Assembly: GCA_047495785.1 (NCBI GenBank)
Contig: JBLDXI010000045.1
Coordinates: 248,001 to 312,000, forward strand
DNA length: 64,000 nt
Direction: 5' to 3'
Origin: Lepidodermella squamata
Taxonomy: Eukaryota > Animalia > Gastrotricha
Position numbers and translations under genes: made by a program. Shown piece after piece: positions 33,385-46,200 of this stretch; within the stretch, counting starts at the first letter, position 1; the number at the start of each line of letters is the position of its first letter. The notes below the pieces were generated by a model. It had not been told where the DNA came from. It searched no databases and saw nothing but the letters and a program-made list of their open reading frames with translations.

Positions 33385-36300
33385 TGAAACTCGGAGCAGG
33401 CGCCGCCATCTCACGCCATATAATTCCAACTGTATCACTGGTCGACTTTTCGGGTCTCTTGGATCATCTGCGTTCCCAGGAACTGTTTTGCTTCAGACTT
33501 TATCCTGGAAATTATGGCGTTTGAGAGCAGTTTCCGCGGACGTAGTGTTGAGTTTCAAATTTAGCGCGCCAAAAAAGCTGCTGCAAATAACAAATAATTT
33601 TCAAAATAAATTAATTTTTATTATTTTAAAAGTGATCAATAAACAATAAAATTTACCGGTCAACAGCTAAAAATAATTTTTATACAGTTTTTTCGGATGA
33701 GGCGGGCGGCGCCTTTCGGCCGTCGGTGGGATAAACTCGGACATGGCTTTTACCGGTAAGGTGCGATTTATGAGCTGTGAAGTCATTATTGTTTACCTGG
33801 CGTTCCTTTCACGTTATATCTTGCATTTTCAAGCATGGCGTTGAGCCATTTTCAACAGTCAGCCATACTTCCTTATAGGTCTGCGGTCGGCACTCTCAAC
33901 TTTCTGGAGAGTTGAGACCGATTACAAATTACAATTTCCTTCCTATGGAATATAAATTGCCCGTATTTAAGTGGAAGTGCGCTACATATTTATTTGATCA
34001 TTTCGGTAAATGTTCGAGGATAATTGGTGGACTCGATTTCTTCCTTGTAGGTTTATGGGCTTCATTTTCAACTGTAACGATGATCATTGGCATGGTGTTC
34101 CCTGTGCCATAATTTAACCCTTCTTCCGTTTTGTCATCCGTTGGTCAATATCACGCAGTCGCAAGTCAATGCAAAGCTGTCTCTCAAAAAATCCCTAGCA
34201 ATATTAGGATCTTGTCTCTTCGTAAGTACAGTAGACTTCAGACATTGTGTCCATTCCCGAAGTCCCCTGCGGTAGATCGATTCTTCAGAAGCAACGTTGA
34301 GAGACGATAGACGATTTCATTTCGGATTAATCATCAATGATGCGATGTCCCGCAGTGAAATTCCTACGATGCTGATGACCTGAGTCATCCTTATTGCCCT
34401 GTTTCCGATCTACTTAACCTCTTATGTATCTTATGCTATCCCCTTATACCTTTGTACTCCATTACCCAATGCCCTGATTGAAATATAGAAGCTGATGGCG
34501 AAAACAAAATGATAGCTGCAATAGTTAGTCTTCATTTCTTTCACTAAGGATACTGGCTTATACGGGCTTATTGTCGTTCCAAGTTTAATTTTGTGGACAT
34601 GTGTACATTTATTGTATAAGATTAATCGGTGCTGGGTAGCACGAACCTCACTCCCAACTGATTAAGTAGTCTATAGACAGTTTCTTGTTGCCCGGGTAAC
34701 AGGCGCGGATCGTAGTTTTCTAGGTAGTGAATCAGCCCTTTCAAAAAAATACGTTTTATTCTCTCCGAGTCACCCAATCGCGAGTATCTGGATCTTTTTT
34801 AAGACATTTGATTTGCTATGAATGCTTCTATCTTAGTCTTTCTTAATCTACCTATCCAAGATCTCCAGCTGCGATTCGTTACAGATTGAAATCGTGCTCT
34901 AAGAAGCGAGAAATTGCTCCTAGGATTAGTGACGGCGAATGTTAAATTGTTTTTTATTATTCGTGATGTGTTCTCCGGATTGAGAGGAAGGAAATATTTG
35001 TTACTGCTTATAGAGTTGATTTTTTTTCTCTTATGATTGTAGATATGCGCAGTAAAAGATGGCTATTGCCATTTGGCTCAGCCTTGGCTGAGTGAATCAT
35101 ACATGGGTTGACGCATTTTAACGGAATCGTCTCTTTAGAATGTACATACCATCAGTCACCGTTCTCTAACAGCCTGCGAGCATTTGGTTCTTGATGTTTG
35201 CTGCTACAATTAACCTTATCCTAGATCAAGATTTATTAATGTCATACTGTTGATGGTTTAATGCTGGTATTTGAGGTAGCTAATATCACAATGATGAGCG
35301 TCCGCGTGCTCTAAAAGCGTGAATGCAATAAGGTTCATCATGGTATTCCTTAGCGCACAACGTCGCATACAGCTCATTTTGTGATACGTGTTGATCTCGT
35401 GCTCGAAATTTACTGCTTCGTCTTTCAACAATAGAGTTGCTTGACAGGCTGACGCAAAAACCGTTTTGTATCTGGTTTATGCGTTTGTATATGGAATGTA
35501 TTTGCTGAATTCGCATGCTAATATGCGGTTGGCTTTTGAATACGTGTGCCGGCCTTATGTGCGTGGACCGGCACTGCGAAAAGCTCGTCACTGTTATCAT
35601 GAATATTTTTTACCAACGCGCCGCTAGGTGGGTTTTTACATTCACTACGAGTTGAAAAGCTCATTGCCTTCTTAATGGCGCAAGTTAGCTCTTAAACACG
35701 TGTGCATGACGGAGCAGACAATTGAGATGTAATATTAAATGTTCTTTTCATCATCATATCAACGATCCGACACTATATTTGTCGGAGCGATATGATTCAT
35801 TCTCGTTGTTGTGAATAAGAATCTTGATTTTAAAATTAGATCTATTGCCGTATCGGGTTTCTATACTTAAACAAGCGTGGCTAGTTACGGCCTAAATCTA
35901 CTTTATGAATTGATAGATAGATAGAAATGTTGCCGCCGTTTTTGCCGTCGTTGTTTAGCGTGTTTCCATGTATATATGCACATTTATATATACAAGTATC
36001 GACGGCGAATCAATGTCTTTAGTCGCGATTCATGCTCAAGACTTGAAAGAACACAAATAGTGTGAAGCGCGCGCTTATCGACCGCTTCTTCGCCGTCGTA
36101 GTCGGCAAGACGTCGTTGTCGTATAACATTTCCTCTGTCCGGCGGGTCAGTCATTCGCGCGAACTGTCGTATTGCATTTATTTATTTTGCGCTGTCAAAC
36201 TATAAACGAAATACTGTTGTAGCAAATGCCTGTGGGAGCGAACACGATGAGAGGTTCCGCCTTTTGCGTGTTCATTTGGGGCTTCGTTTTCATAGTTTTC

Positions 36301-37255
36301 TCATGTGTGTACGCGTGTGCATGTATCAGGCGCCGATATTGAGAAGCAGGGCAGGAAAGAACACGAGAAGGAGCTGCAGAAAAAGGCGAAACGAGTGACG
36401 GCGCTGCAACTACTATTTAGCTGAGCATTAAACCACTAGTTCGACTACTACTACTACTATGCAAAAATAACAACACGGCCAATGTGTGCTTAAATAAGTA
36501 ATAAATAATAAAACTAAGTTTGTGGTCCCTTGGTCGCCTGCTCTTATGTATATTTCTGCTAATATATCGACCGGGCCATTCTCATCTCAGTACAGTGTAC
36601 AGAGTTATGAGCTTGATCCGCCGGGTAAAAGCGCTGAGAACAACGACAGTGATGCAACTGTATATACACACTCGCTAGTCCTTACTACAAATTTGCGTAT
36701 ATAATAATAATACTGATAATGCTAATATTTTCAAGAGGCTATAAACTTGTCTGTGTGTGTATTACTTGCAAATTGAATGCGGTTTGGTTTCACCCGGGCA
36801 ACTATAATATTAATAATAGTAATAACGATGATGAGAGCGAGAGAAAAAATGCTCGGCGATCTGTGACGCTGCACTTCGGAACGGCGCTAGTCGCAACCAG
36901 TGTCTTCTTCCGCCACGGCCGCCGCCTGGGATCCCAGTGAAAAACCGCTTTTTTAAACATCTATACGTGTGTGAGTGAAACGAAGATGATGGTAATGATA
37001 ATAATAATAATAATAACGATAAGGCCGTAGTTTTTCCATGCGTCGTGTACTTGAATGTTTTGGTCGCTCAAATATTTGAACAGAAAGCAATACGAGTGGT
37101 CAAGTGCCGCCCTTTATTTTTTTATACTTCGCTGGCTATTACCATAATTGTTTATTTGTTTTTTCGATTGTCGCATAGGTTCCACCTTAATAGAGTGTTG
37201 AAATCGTGCTACTACCGACGATAACGACTCTACTTAATTATTATTATTATTAATT

Positions 37256-40200
37256 ATGGCCGCGGAGATAATCGATGGTGGTCACCACCACGAGGCCTTC
37301 AACAACGGCGGCGATAGCGGCGGTCGTTGGGAACCTGGTCAAGGCGGCGACGAGGACGAGTTTGACTCGCAGCAAAACTCGGCCAAGCTGTTCGAACGCT
37401 CACGCATCAAAGCCCTCGCAGGTACATTTTATTAAATAATTTTAAGGGGGATTTAATTTTTTTCATTCAAAGGTTTATTATTTTCTTTTCATATTCAAGA
37501 TTTTTATATTCGACCGAATATATGTATAGGGATTATCGCATAGCGTGTTATTATTATTATTATTATTACGAAGTCGTGAAACCGAGCTGCGCCATTACAC
37601 GCATGCATAGGCGTTTCGGCGTTTGATTTTACTCTGCAGTAATAACAGTATACCTTTACGCTCGGCGTCTTAACGGGTTCCGAGGCCGTGTTGTAATAAT
37701 ACGCGTACGCCGGCGCCGATCTCTTGAGCTTGGCCTGTGTGATAAGTGCCTGGTGGTGGAATGTTTGGTCAGCAAATCTTCCATAACATCTCCCGTCCGC
37801 CGCTCCCGAGGTGGATATTACATTGTTCTTCTCGTCTACTATTTACCGCACGCAAGAGTTTCCCGTTCATTATTATTATTATTACTAAGACGCGCCACAA
37901 CAACGTATTAGACGTTCTCTTCAAGCGATTTTGTGGCGCTGCGGAAGCTGCGCGTTCGCTGGTGAAGTTTCGTCCGCAAACAGCTTAGGCGCATCAACAT
38001 TCACTATTACTGGTTGTAGTGGTGGTAGTAGTGAGTTTACCGGATTAGATGAGCCGGTAATATCATTCCGAACTCGCGCGCTGTCTTGCTTGATATGTTG
38101 GCCCGGGTCGAAAACAAACCCGCCGGCGTCTGAAGAATCAACGCGCAATGACAGCGTTCTGTTGTTCATGAATCACTGTTGTGTAGTAGTTATATAGGCA
38201 TAGTAAACCTCGAAACCTATCCACTGCGATGATAATAATAATAATGGGAGAAAAATAATCATAACAACGGCGAAAGAGTATCACTTACGAGGTTGATCTG
38301 GCGACTGCTTGTAATATTGTTTGATTATTATTACTACATTTTTAGTGGGCGTGTTCTAGCGCGCGCGCATATTAACGAGCGTAATCATCATCATCATCAT
38401 CACCTTGATAAAAACTGTGTGTAGTGGTGGGTTTTCACGGCCTAGCTATGTGAACTTAATTGTGATCTCCTAATTGAGCTACGTGCCCCGCATAAAATCC
38501 GATAACGGCCAACTTCCCCTTGCAACACACGTGTTATTATGTTGCTGAAATACTCTGGTATATTTTATTGAGTTTGCATACATTTAAAAGCTGGTGCGAA
38601 TGACCGCTGCAGCAGCCGCCGCCGGTCCATGTGTCTGTCTCTATTGCAATTTAGCTCGTCGTGTTCGCACTTCATTCGCTAGTTCGTTCAGGCATTCACA
38701 TCACCGGCCGAGCGTTGAGTTAGTTATTCATTATTTATTTCCACAACATCGCTGTCGCTCTTACTATAAACTACACACAACTGCTGATGCTATTGTTGTT
38801 GTGGTGAGGCACCGCTCTCTCGCTCTATCCTTCAGCCTGATCGTGACTGATGTTCATTCACCTGGTCGATGATGAGGCGCGACACGTTTCTCTCGAAAAT
38901 TGAGCAAGCGAGTAAAAATCAATTGAAAAGAAATTTAATTAGACAAGGCTGCCTATCGATTGGTTGATTGTTTGTTTTCGCCGCCGTCGCCATCGTATAT
39001 GCGTCTTGCTACAATTTGCAATGCTAATTCTTTGATTGTTGTCCTTATCGATGTTGCGCGCGCGCTCTCTTTAGGCAAACAGCGATAATTATCTTTAAAT
39101 CACAAAAACGATACACTTAATATTGGCGAAAAATTGGTTTCACGACGATGCTGGTAAACAAATGAAAGAAATGAGAAATTTTAAGGTGGAATTTTTATGA
39201 AAAGATTGAAAAAATTAAATGCGTAATTTTTTTGTTGAACAGGCGAGCGCGAAGCTGTTCAAAAGAAGACCTTCACAAAATGGGTGAATTCGCACCTGAT
39301 GAGGGTCGGCAGCCGCATCGAGGACTTGTACGTAGATTTGCGAGATGGCAAACAGTTGCTCAAGCTGCTCGAAGTGCTATCGGGTGAGGCGTTGCCGAAG
39401 CCGACGCGCGGCAAAATGCGCATTCACTGCCTCGAAAACGTCGACAAGGCGCTGACCTTCCTCCAGGAGTGCCGCGTCCACCTCGAAAACTTGGGCGCAC
39501 ACGACATTGTCGACGGGCAGTCGAAACTGACGCTCGGCCTTATTTGGACTATCATCCTGCGTTTCCAGATCCAGGAAATCCAGGTCGATGACTACGACAC
39601 AGCGGAAACGCGCCAAGCGAAAGACGCCCTTCTGCTGTGGTGTCAAATTAAAACTGCCGGCTATCCGAATGTTAACGTTCGCAATTTCACGTCGAGCTGG
39701 CGTGACGGTCTTGCCTTTAACGCGCTGATCCACAAGCACCGAGGCGACCTCATTCAGTACGACAAACTTGCCAAGGCGAACCCGGTCGGCAATTTGAACA
39801 ACGCGTTCAAAGTCGCCGATGAGAAACTGGGCATTCCGAAACTCCTCGACTCTGAGGACGTCAACGTCGAACAGCCAGATGAGAAGTCGATTATGACGTA
39901 TGTCGCCGCTTACTATCACTACTTCTCGAAGACGAAGGCGGAAACTGTCAATGCGAAACGTATTGGCAAGCTCATTGGTCAGGCGATTGATTTCGACAAG
40001 ACCTCAGATGAGTATGAACGCCTTACATCGAACCTCCTGCAGTGGATTGAGCGCAAGGTCGCCGAGTTGAACGAGCGCCGTTTCGAAAACAGCCTACACG
40101 GCGTTCAGCTGCAACTGCAAGACTTTGCCAGCTACCGAACTGCGGAGAAGCCGCCGAAATTTGCGGAAAAGGGCAACTTGGAGGTGATGCTTTTCACGCT

Positions 40201-43200
40201 GCAAAGCCAGATGCGGGCAAATTACCGCCAGCCTTACAAGCCGCCAGATGGTAAGATGATCGCTGATATCAACAAGGCGTGGTCTGTGCTGGAGCGCGCC
40301 GAACACGAGCGAGAATTAGCCCTCCGTGAGGAGTTGATTCGCCAGGAGAAACTCGAACAGCTCGCGACCCGTTTCGACCGAAAAGCGGCGATGCGTGAAA
40401 CTTGGCTGCTCGAAAATCAGCGCCTTGTCTCGCACGATAACTTCGGCAACGACCTGCCGTCAGTCGAAGCCGCCCACAAAAAGCAAGAGGCGATTGAGAC
40501 TGATATCCAGGCGTATGAAGAGCGTGTTCAGGCCGTTGTCCAGGTCGCGGAGGAGCTTGAAAAGGAGAATTTCCACGATATCGAGCGGATCAATTCGCGT
40601 AAAACTAACGTGTTGACCCTGTGGCGATATTTGATGGAGTTGCTGTCGGCTCGGCGCCGTCGCCTCAACATTTCCCACGACTTGCAAAATGTCTTCCAGG
40701 AAATGTCGTACACGCACGATTGGATCAAGGAACTGCGCGAGCAGTTGTCGAGTGAGGAGTACGGCCGGCATTTGGTCGATGTCGAAGACTTGATTCAGAA
40801 GCATAATCTACGCGAGGCCGATGTTGCGGTTTTGGGCGACCGTGTTAACCAGGTCAATCAGAAGGCGCAGCGTTTTATCGACGCAGATTTCCCTGAAGTC
40901 CAGGGTTACTGCCCGGTCGAGCCGGACGCTGTTCGCGGCCGCGTTACCGCCCTCGAAGCCGCCTACGCCGACCTGGTCGCGCTAGCCGCTGAGCGTCGCC
41001 AGAAGTTGCTGGACTCGAAGAAAATGTGGGAGTTTTACTTTGAAATTGCCGACGAAGGCAACTGGATTCGCGAGAAGGAGCAATTGCTGACCTCGCCCGA
41101 TCTAGGCCACGACCTCACCTCAGTCCAACACCTGATCAACAAGCATAAGACCGTCGAAGAGGACATTGACTCGCACAACCTTCACTTCATCGCCGCTGTT
41201 CAAGTTGGCGGGGATTTGATTAAGGGAGGTCACTTCCGCGCGCCTGAAATCCAGTCGCGAATTGTCGAAATTACGGAACAGTGGAAGAAACTGGTTCAGC
41301 TGTCCGCGTTGAGGAAGAAGCGTTTACTGCAGGTTCAGGACTACTACAAGTTCTTCTCAGATGCCGACGACGTCGATGCCTGGATTCTCGACCACATGCG
41401 CCTGGTTTCAAGCGACGACGTGGGCCATGATGATTCATCGGTCCAGGCGTTGATTCGTAAACATCAGGATGTTGCGGATGAAATCGGTCGTTACGCCGCT
41501 CAGGTTAAGAAGATGCACGAACAGGCGGATGCGTTGGATGAGAAGGACAAGCAGTCACGAGAGGTCACCGGCCGTCTCGCTCAAATGGACGATCGCTACG
41601 ACCGGTTGCTGAAAGCAGTCGATGCTCGTAAGGCGCGTCTTCAAGACGCCCAGGCCTTGTACCGCCTGCTCGGCGATGCTGACTGGCTCGACAGCTGGAT
41701 TGCTGAGAAGGAGAAGTTCCTCGGGCAGTTGCAAATGGCGACTGATAGCTATGAAGAGCTTGAAATTATTAAGCACCGATTCGATAGCTTCGAGCAGGAA
41801 TTGGGTGCGACTAAGCCGAAACTGGAGGAGATTAACGGCGTCGCGACCCGTCTGCTCGACTCTGGCCACCCTGACGCTGAGCTGATTCGCCAACGAGTCG
41901 GCCAGCTAGGTGGTCGTTGGAAGCAGCTGCAGGGCCTTGTCGACCGGAAGCGCGACGAAATCGGCGTTACCTACGGTCTTCAATCGTACCAGACCGAGGC
42001 GAAGGAAACCGTCACCTGGATCAAGGGCAAAACCGATTTGGTCCAGTCGACCGACGCCCTGGGCAGTGATTTGAGCTCAGTCATGCAACTGCAGCGGAAG
42101 CTCTCGGGCATGGAGCGAGATATGATTGCTATCGAGCGTAAAGTCCGTTCGCTCGAGAATGAGGCCGATCGCCTGGCTCAGGTGCGCCCGCGAGAGGGTG
42201 AGATCATCCGCTCGCAGCTGCGCCCGGTTCACGAGACGTGGGCCGAGCTGAAGCAGGAATTGCACCTGCGTGACGAGAAACTGTCCGCGACTAAGGAGCT
42301 GCAGAAGTTCTTGCAAAACCTCGATCATTTCCAGCAATGGCTGCAACGCACCCAGACGACCATTGCGAACGAGGATGTTCCTACCTCGCTCACCGAGGCC
42401 GAACAGCTGCTCCAGGTAGGCGTCGAAATTACCTCATTTTTCAACGTGTGACGTTAACTTGTGAAAATGTAAGACCGTTTACAAGCGAATATCGAAGATT
42501 AAAGGGTGTACTAAAGTATGGTAACATTAGCGTGTGACGTTTGAATGCTTAATATCGGACGAGGTATTTCTCCTGGTTAAAGCAAATGTTTGTCGGACCT
42601 GGGCTTTGAGTGATTGCTGCTAATATTTTGCCATCCGTGCTTATTTTTCTGTCTTGATTTTACAGCAACATCAGCAAATCAAGGACGAAATGGACTCGTA
42701 CGAACCAGATTACGAACAAATGATGTCCTACGGCCAGCAATTGGTCAAGGGCAAGGAAGGCGATGTCCAGTACATGTTCTTGCGCGAGGTATTAGTTTCA
42801 AAAATGTCCCTTATTTTGTCTAAATTTTCAATATTCTATAGCGCTTGCAAGCCTTGGAATTCGGCTGGAAGGAGATGCATCAAATGTGGGAGAACCGCCA
42901 GGATCTTCTCTCTCAGGGCCTTCGCCTCCAGATTTTCCTACGCGATGCCAAGCAGGCCGAAGTCTTGCTTAACCAGCAAGAAAACTTCCTCTCTCGCGAG
43001 GAGATTCCGGTAAGATTTACTCAAATTCTCTGGAAATTTTTTCATTTTGTTCTAGAGTGGAAATTTACGTTCATTTATAATTTGAAAAATCAACTAATTT
43101 TTTCCATTTATAATTTTTCCGCACCACCAGGGTGGTATTGCTACCGCTCTATCTGGCCAGGTACAACACCAGGCTTTCAGTTTAAACGCGTATTTGTCAA

Positions 43201-46200
43201 GCACGACCACATTCCTTCCTCAAACCTGCTTGTCCTGAGATAAAACTACCAAAACACGATATTTTTTTGAATGATTTTTTTACTGAGAAATCCTTCTGAA
43301 ATTTTTTGATCTCCCGTGTTTCGACCGGAATGCGGCCTTGAGCCTTTATGGCTGTTCATTTTTTAATGTTTAAGCTTAAGCAAGAAAACTGATACCTCAT
43401 CTATATATATTGCACGACGATTTCTCCTCCCTTGTCATTTTTAGTACTAGATCCTCATCTACCGCCAATTTCTCGAGAGTTGACCTGATTTTAATTGTTC
43501 GTCCATAATTTTTCAGACTTCGACTGATGCGATTGAAAACATGATCAAGCAGCACGATGCTTTCTTGACCACTATGGAGGCTAATGACGATAAAATCAAC
43601 GCTGTTATCGCGTTTTCTGATGAGTTGGTCGCTGAAAATCACTACGACTCAGAACGCATCGCTCGCAAGGCGGCTGCGATCTCTGAAAAACGTCAACTGA
43701 ACCGCCAACGGGGCCAGGAGCAGATGGAACGGTTGAAGGACGCCCTGCACCTGCAGAACTTCATCCAGGAGTGCGACGATTTGCAAGACTGGGTTCAGGA
43801 GAAAATCGTCGTCGCTCAGGACGAAACGTACCGCGATGCCAAGAATCTGCACTCGAAGTTCTTGCGCCATCAAGCGTTCGAAGCCGAAATCAAGGCGAAC
43901 AAAGAGCGTCTGGATAACTTGAAGCGCATCGCTGCTGAAATGGGCGAGGAGAAGCCGGAGTGGCACGCCCAGGTCGACCCGCGCATTCAAGCGTTGGAGA
44001 AGTCGTGGTCCGAGCTCGAGGAGACGAGCCGCGCCAAGGGCCAGCGCCTCTTCGACTCGAACCGCCAGCAGTTGTACCAGCAAAACTGCGACGACGTCGA
44101 AAACTGGCTGCGTGAGATTGAGAAGCAGATGGTCACGACGGAAGAAATCACCGATTTGACCACGGTTAACATCCTGCTTCAGAAGCAGCAGAAGTTCGAG
44201 AACGAACTGGCGGTGAAGCGGTACCAGGTCGAGGATTTGAAGCAACAGGCGAACACGCTGGAGACCGTCATCCCTGATATGGATGAGGAGACGCGTGATT
44301 TGAATGAGCAGCGCCGTCGTGAGGTCGAATCCCGCCTGCGTCAAGTTCTCTCGCCGATGGAAGAGCGGAAAATGTTGCTGGACAAGGCGAAGCGCGTTCA
44401 CCAGTTCCTGCGCGATGTCGAGGATGAGCAGATGTGGATTGAAGAACGCCTGCCTATCGCTCGCAACCCCGACGTCGGAACCAGCCTTCAGACCGTTCTC
44501 GCTCTTTCCAATAAGCATCAGATGCTAGAGCGTGAGGTTGAGAACCACGAGCCTCGCATCACCAGCCTGAGCACGGTTTGCGAGCAGTTGGCCGAGGAGA
44601 ACCATCCCCAGGCTGATGACTTCCAACAGCGTGTCCAGGCCGTGAACGAGCGGTGGGCTGAACTCCTGCGCGCTCTTGCTGATCGCCGCCAACGCCTTCA
44701 TCTCAGCCAAGTCTCGCATCAGGTCAGTCTCTTTTTCATTCACTTGCCTTTCAATCGTTTGCTAGTGAAAATTCAGCTTCTGCAAATTTTCAAATTTTTG
44801 CAGCTATTTATTTTTCCGAAATTGGGACCTTCTCCCATCATTTGACCCCGATTTTGCCGAAAAAATATTAAATTTACCGGAAAATCCCGATAGTAATTGG
44901 TTCGGTAATTTTTCGGTATTTTACCTGGTTAGATCAAATTTTTCCGGAATTTTAAATTACATTGACAAAGCTTCTGATTTTGGACTTTCTGATCCCTTTT
45001 TAGTGTGAATTTTCTTTGTTTGCGGTATTATGGGACTGTATAGTAGAGAGTGCGAACCATTTTTTCTACAAAATATTATCATATAAATAAGAATTTACGG
45101 GGATTTATTGGGTATATCGGAATCAGGAATGGTTGGGATTTATATTGCCAAGTTGTTCTACGTTGTTTACAATTGTTGCCGAATTCTCTGCTTCTTAAGA
45201 GCGAACGATCAAAAAACGCTTAACGAGTGCTCACCGTAGTTAAAATATTCGCTTTATCAAATAACGCTCTCTGATGTCCAGAAAATCGGTCTGTATTTTC
45301 CATCCAAATTTATCCACAATTCTGGAAATTGGATACGAATTTGAATATTTGTAGAATTCCCGGATTTTTATCGATTTTTCCTTTCCCTTGTGCATTTTCT
45401 CGTAATGGTTTCAAAATAACAAATGCCCGAGCCACTGAGGACAAAATGCTGAAACGCATTGTACTCGGCCGAGAGCGGGCTATATTACCGGTCTCCAATC
45501 AATAGAGCGATTTTTCAGAGTCGCGTTTCAATAGTTGCATTGAAACCTATCAAATGCGCATATTGATACATCGTGTTTTCGCCTATTTTCAGTATTTGCA
45601 CGATGCGGACGAAGCCGAGGCGTGGATGTCGGAGCAGGAGCTGACGATGATGTCCGAAGAGCGGCCACGCGACGAAAGCGCCGCGAACAACGCCGTCCGC
45701 AAGCACGCTGCGAACGAGCGCGCCGTCGACGACTTCGCCGAGACGATCCGCTCGCTGGACGAACGCGCGCGCACGCTGGTCGAAGACGGCCACCCCGATG
45801 CCGAGCGCATCACGCCGAAACGCGCGCAGCTGCAACGCGCCTACGCTGCGTTGAAGGAACTGGCCCGCGAGCGCCGCCACAAGATGGACGACATCCTGCG
45901 GCTGTACATGCTGAGCCGCGAGATCGACGACGTCGAGGCGTGGATTGCCGAGCGCGAGGCCGTCGCCGCCAGCCACGAGCTGGGCCAGGACCTCGAGCAC
46001 GTCATGCTGCTCCAGGAGCGTTTCGCTGATTTCGTCCGCGAGACCGAGTCGATTGGCCAGGAGAAGGTGGCTGGTTGCAACGAGATCTGCGACCGGCTCA
46101 TCTCGGCCGGGCACAACGACGCCGCGGCGATCGCTGAGTGGAAGGACGCGATCAACGAGGCGTGGACCGACCTCCTCGAGCTGATGGACACCCGGACGCA

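Noticed and set aside
32746-33500. Selenoprotein interpretation of the TGA codons bounding the orphan ORF
   Set aside because: No redox-type motif context and no convincing SECIS seen downstream on that strand.
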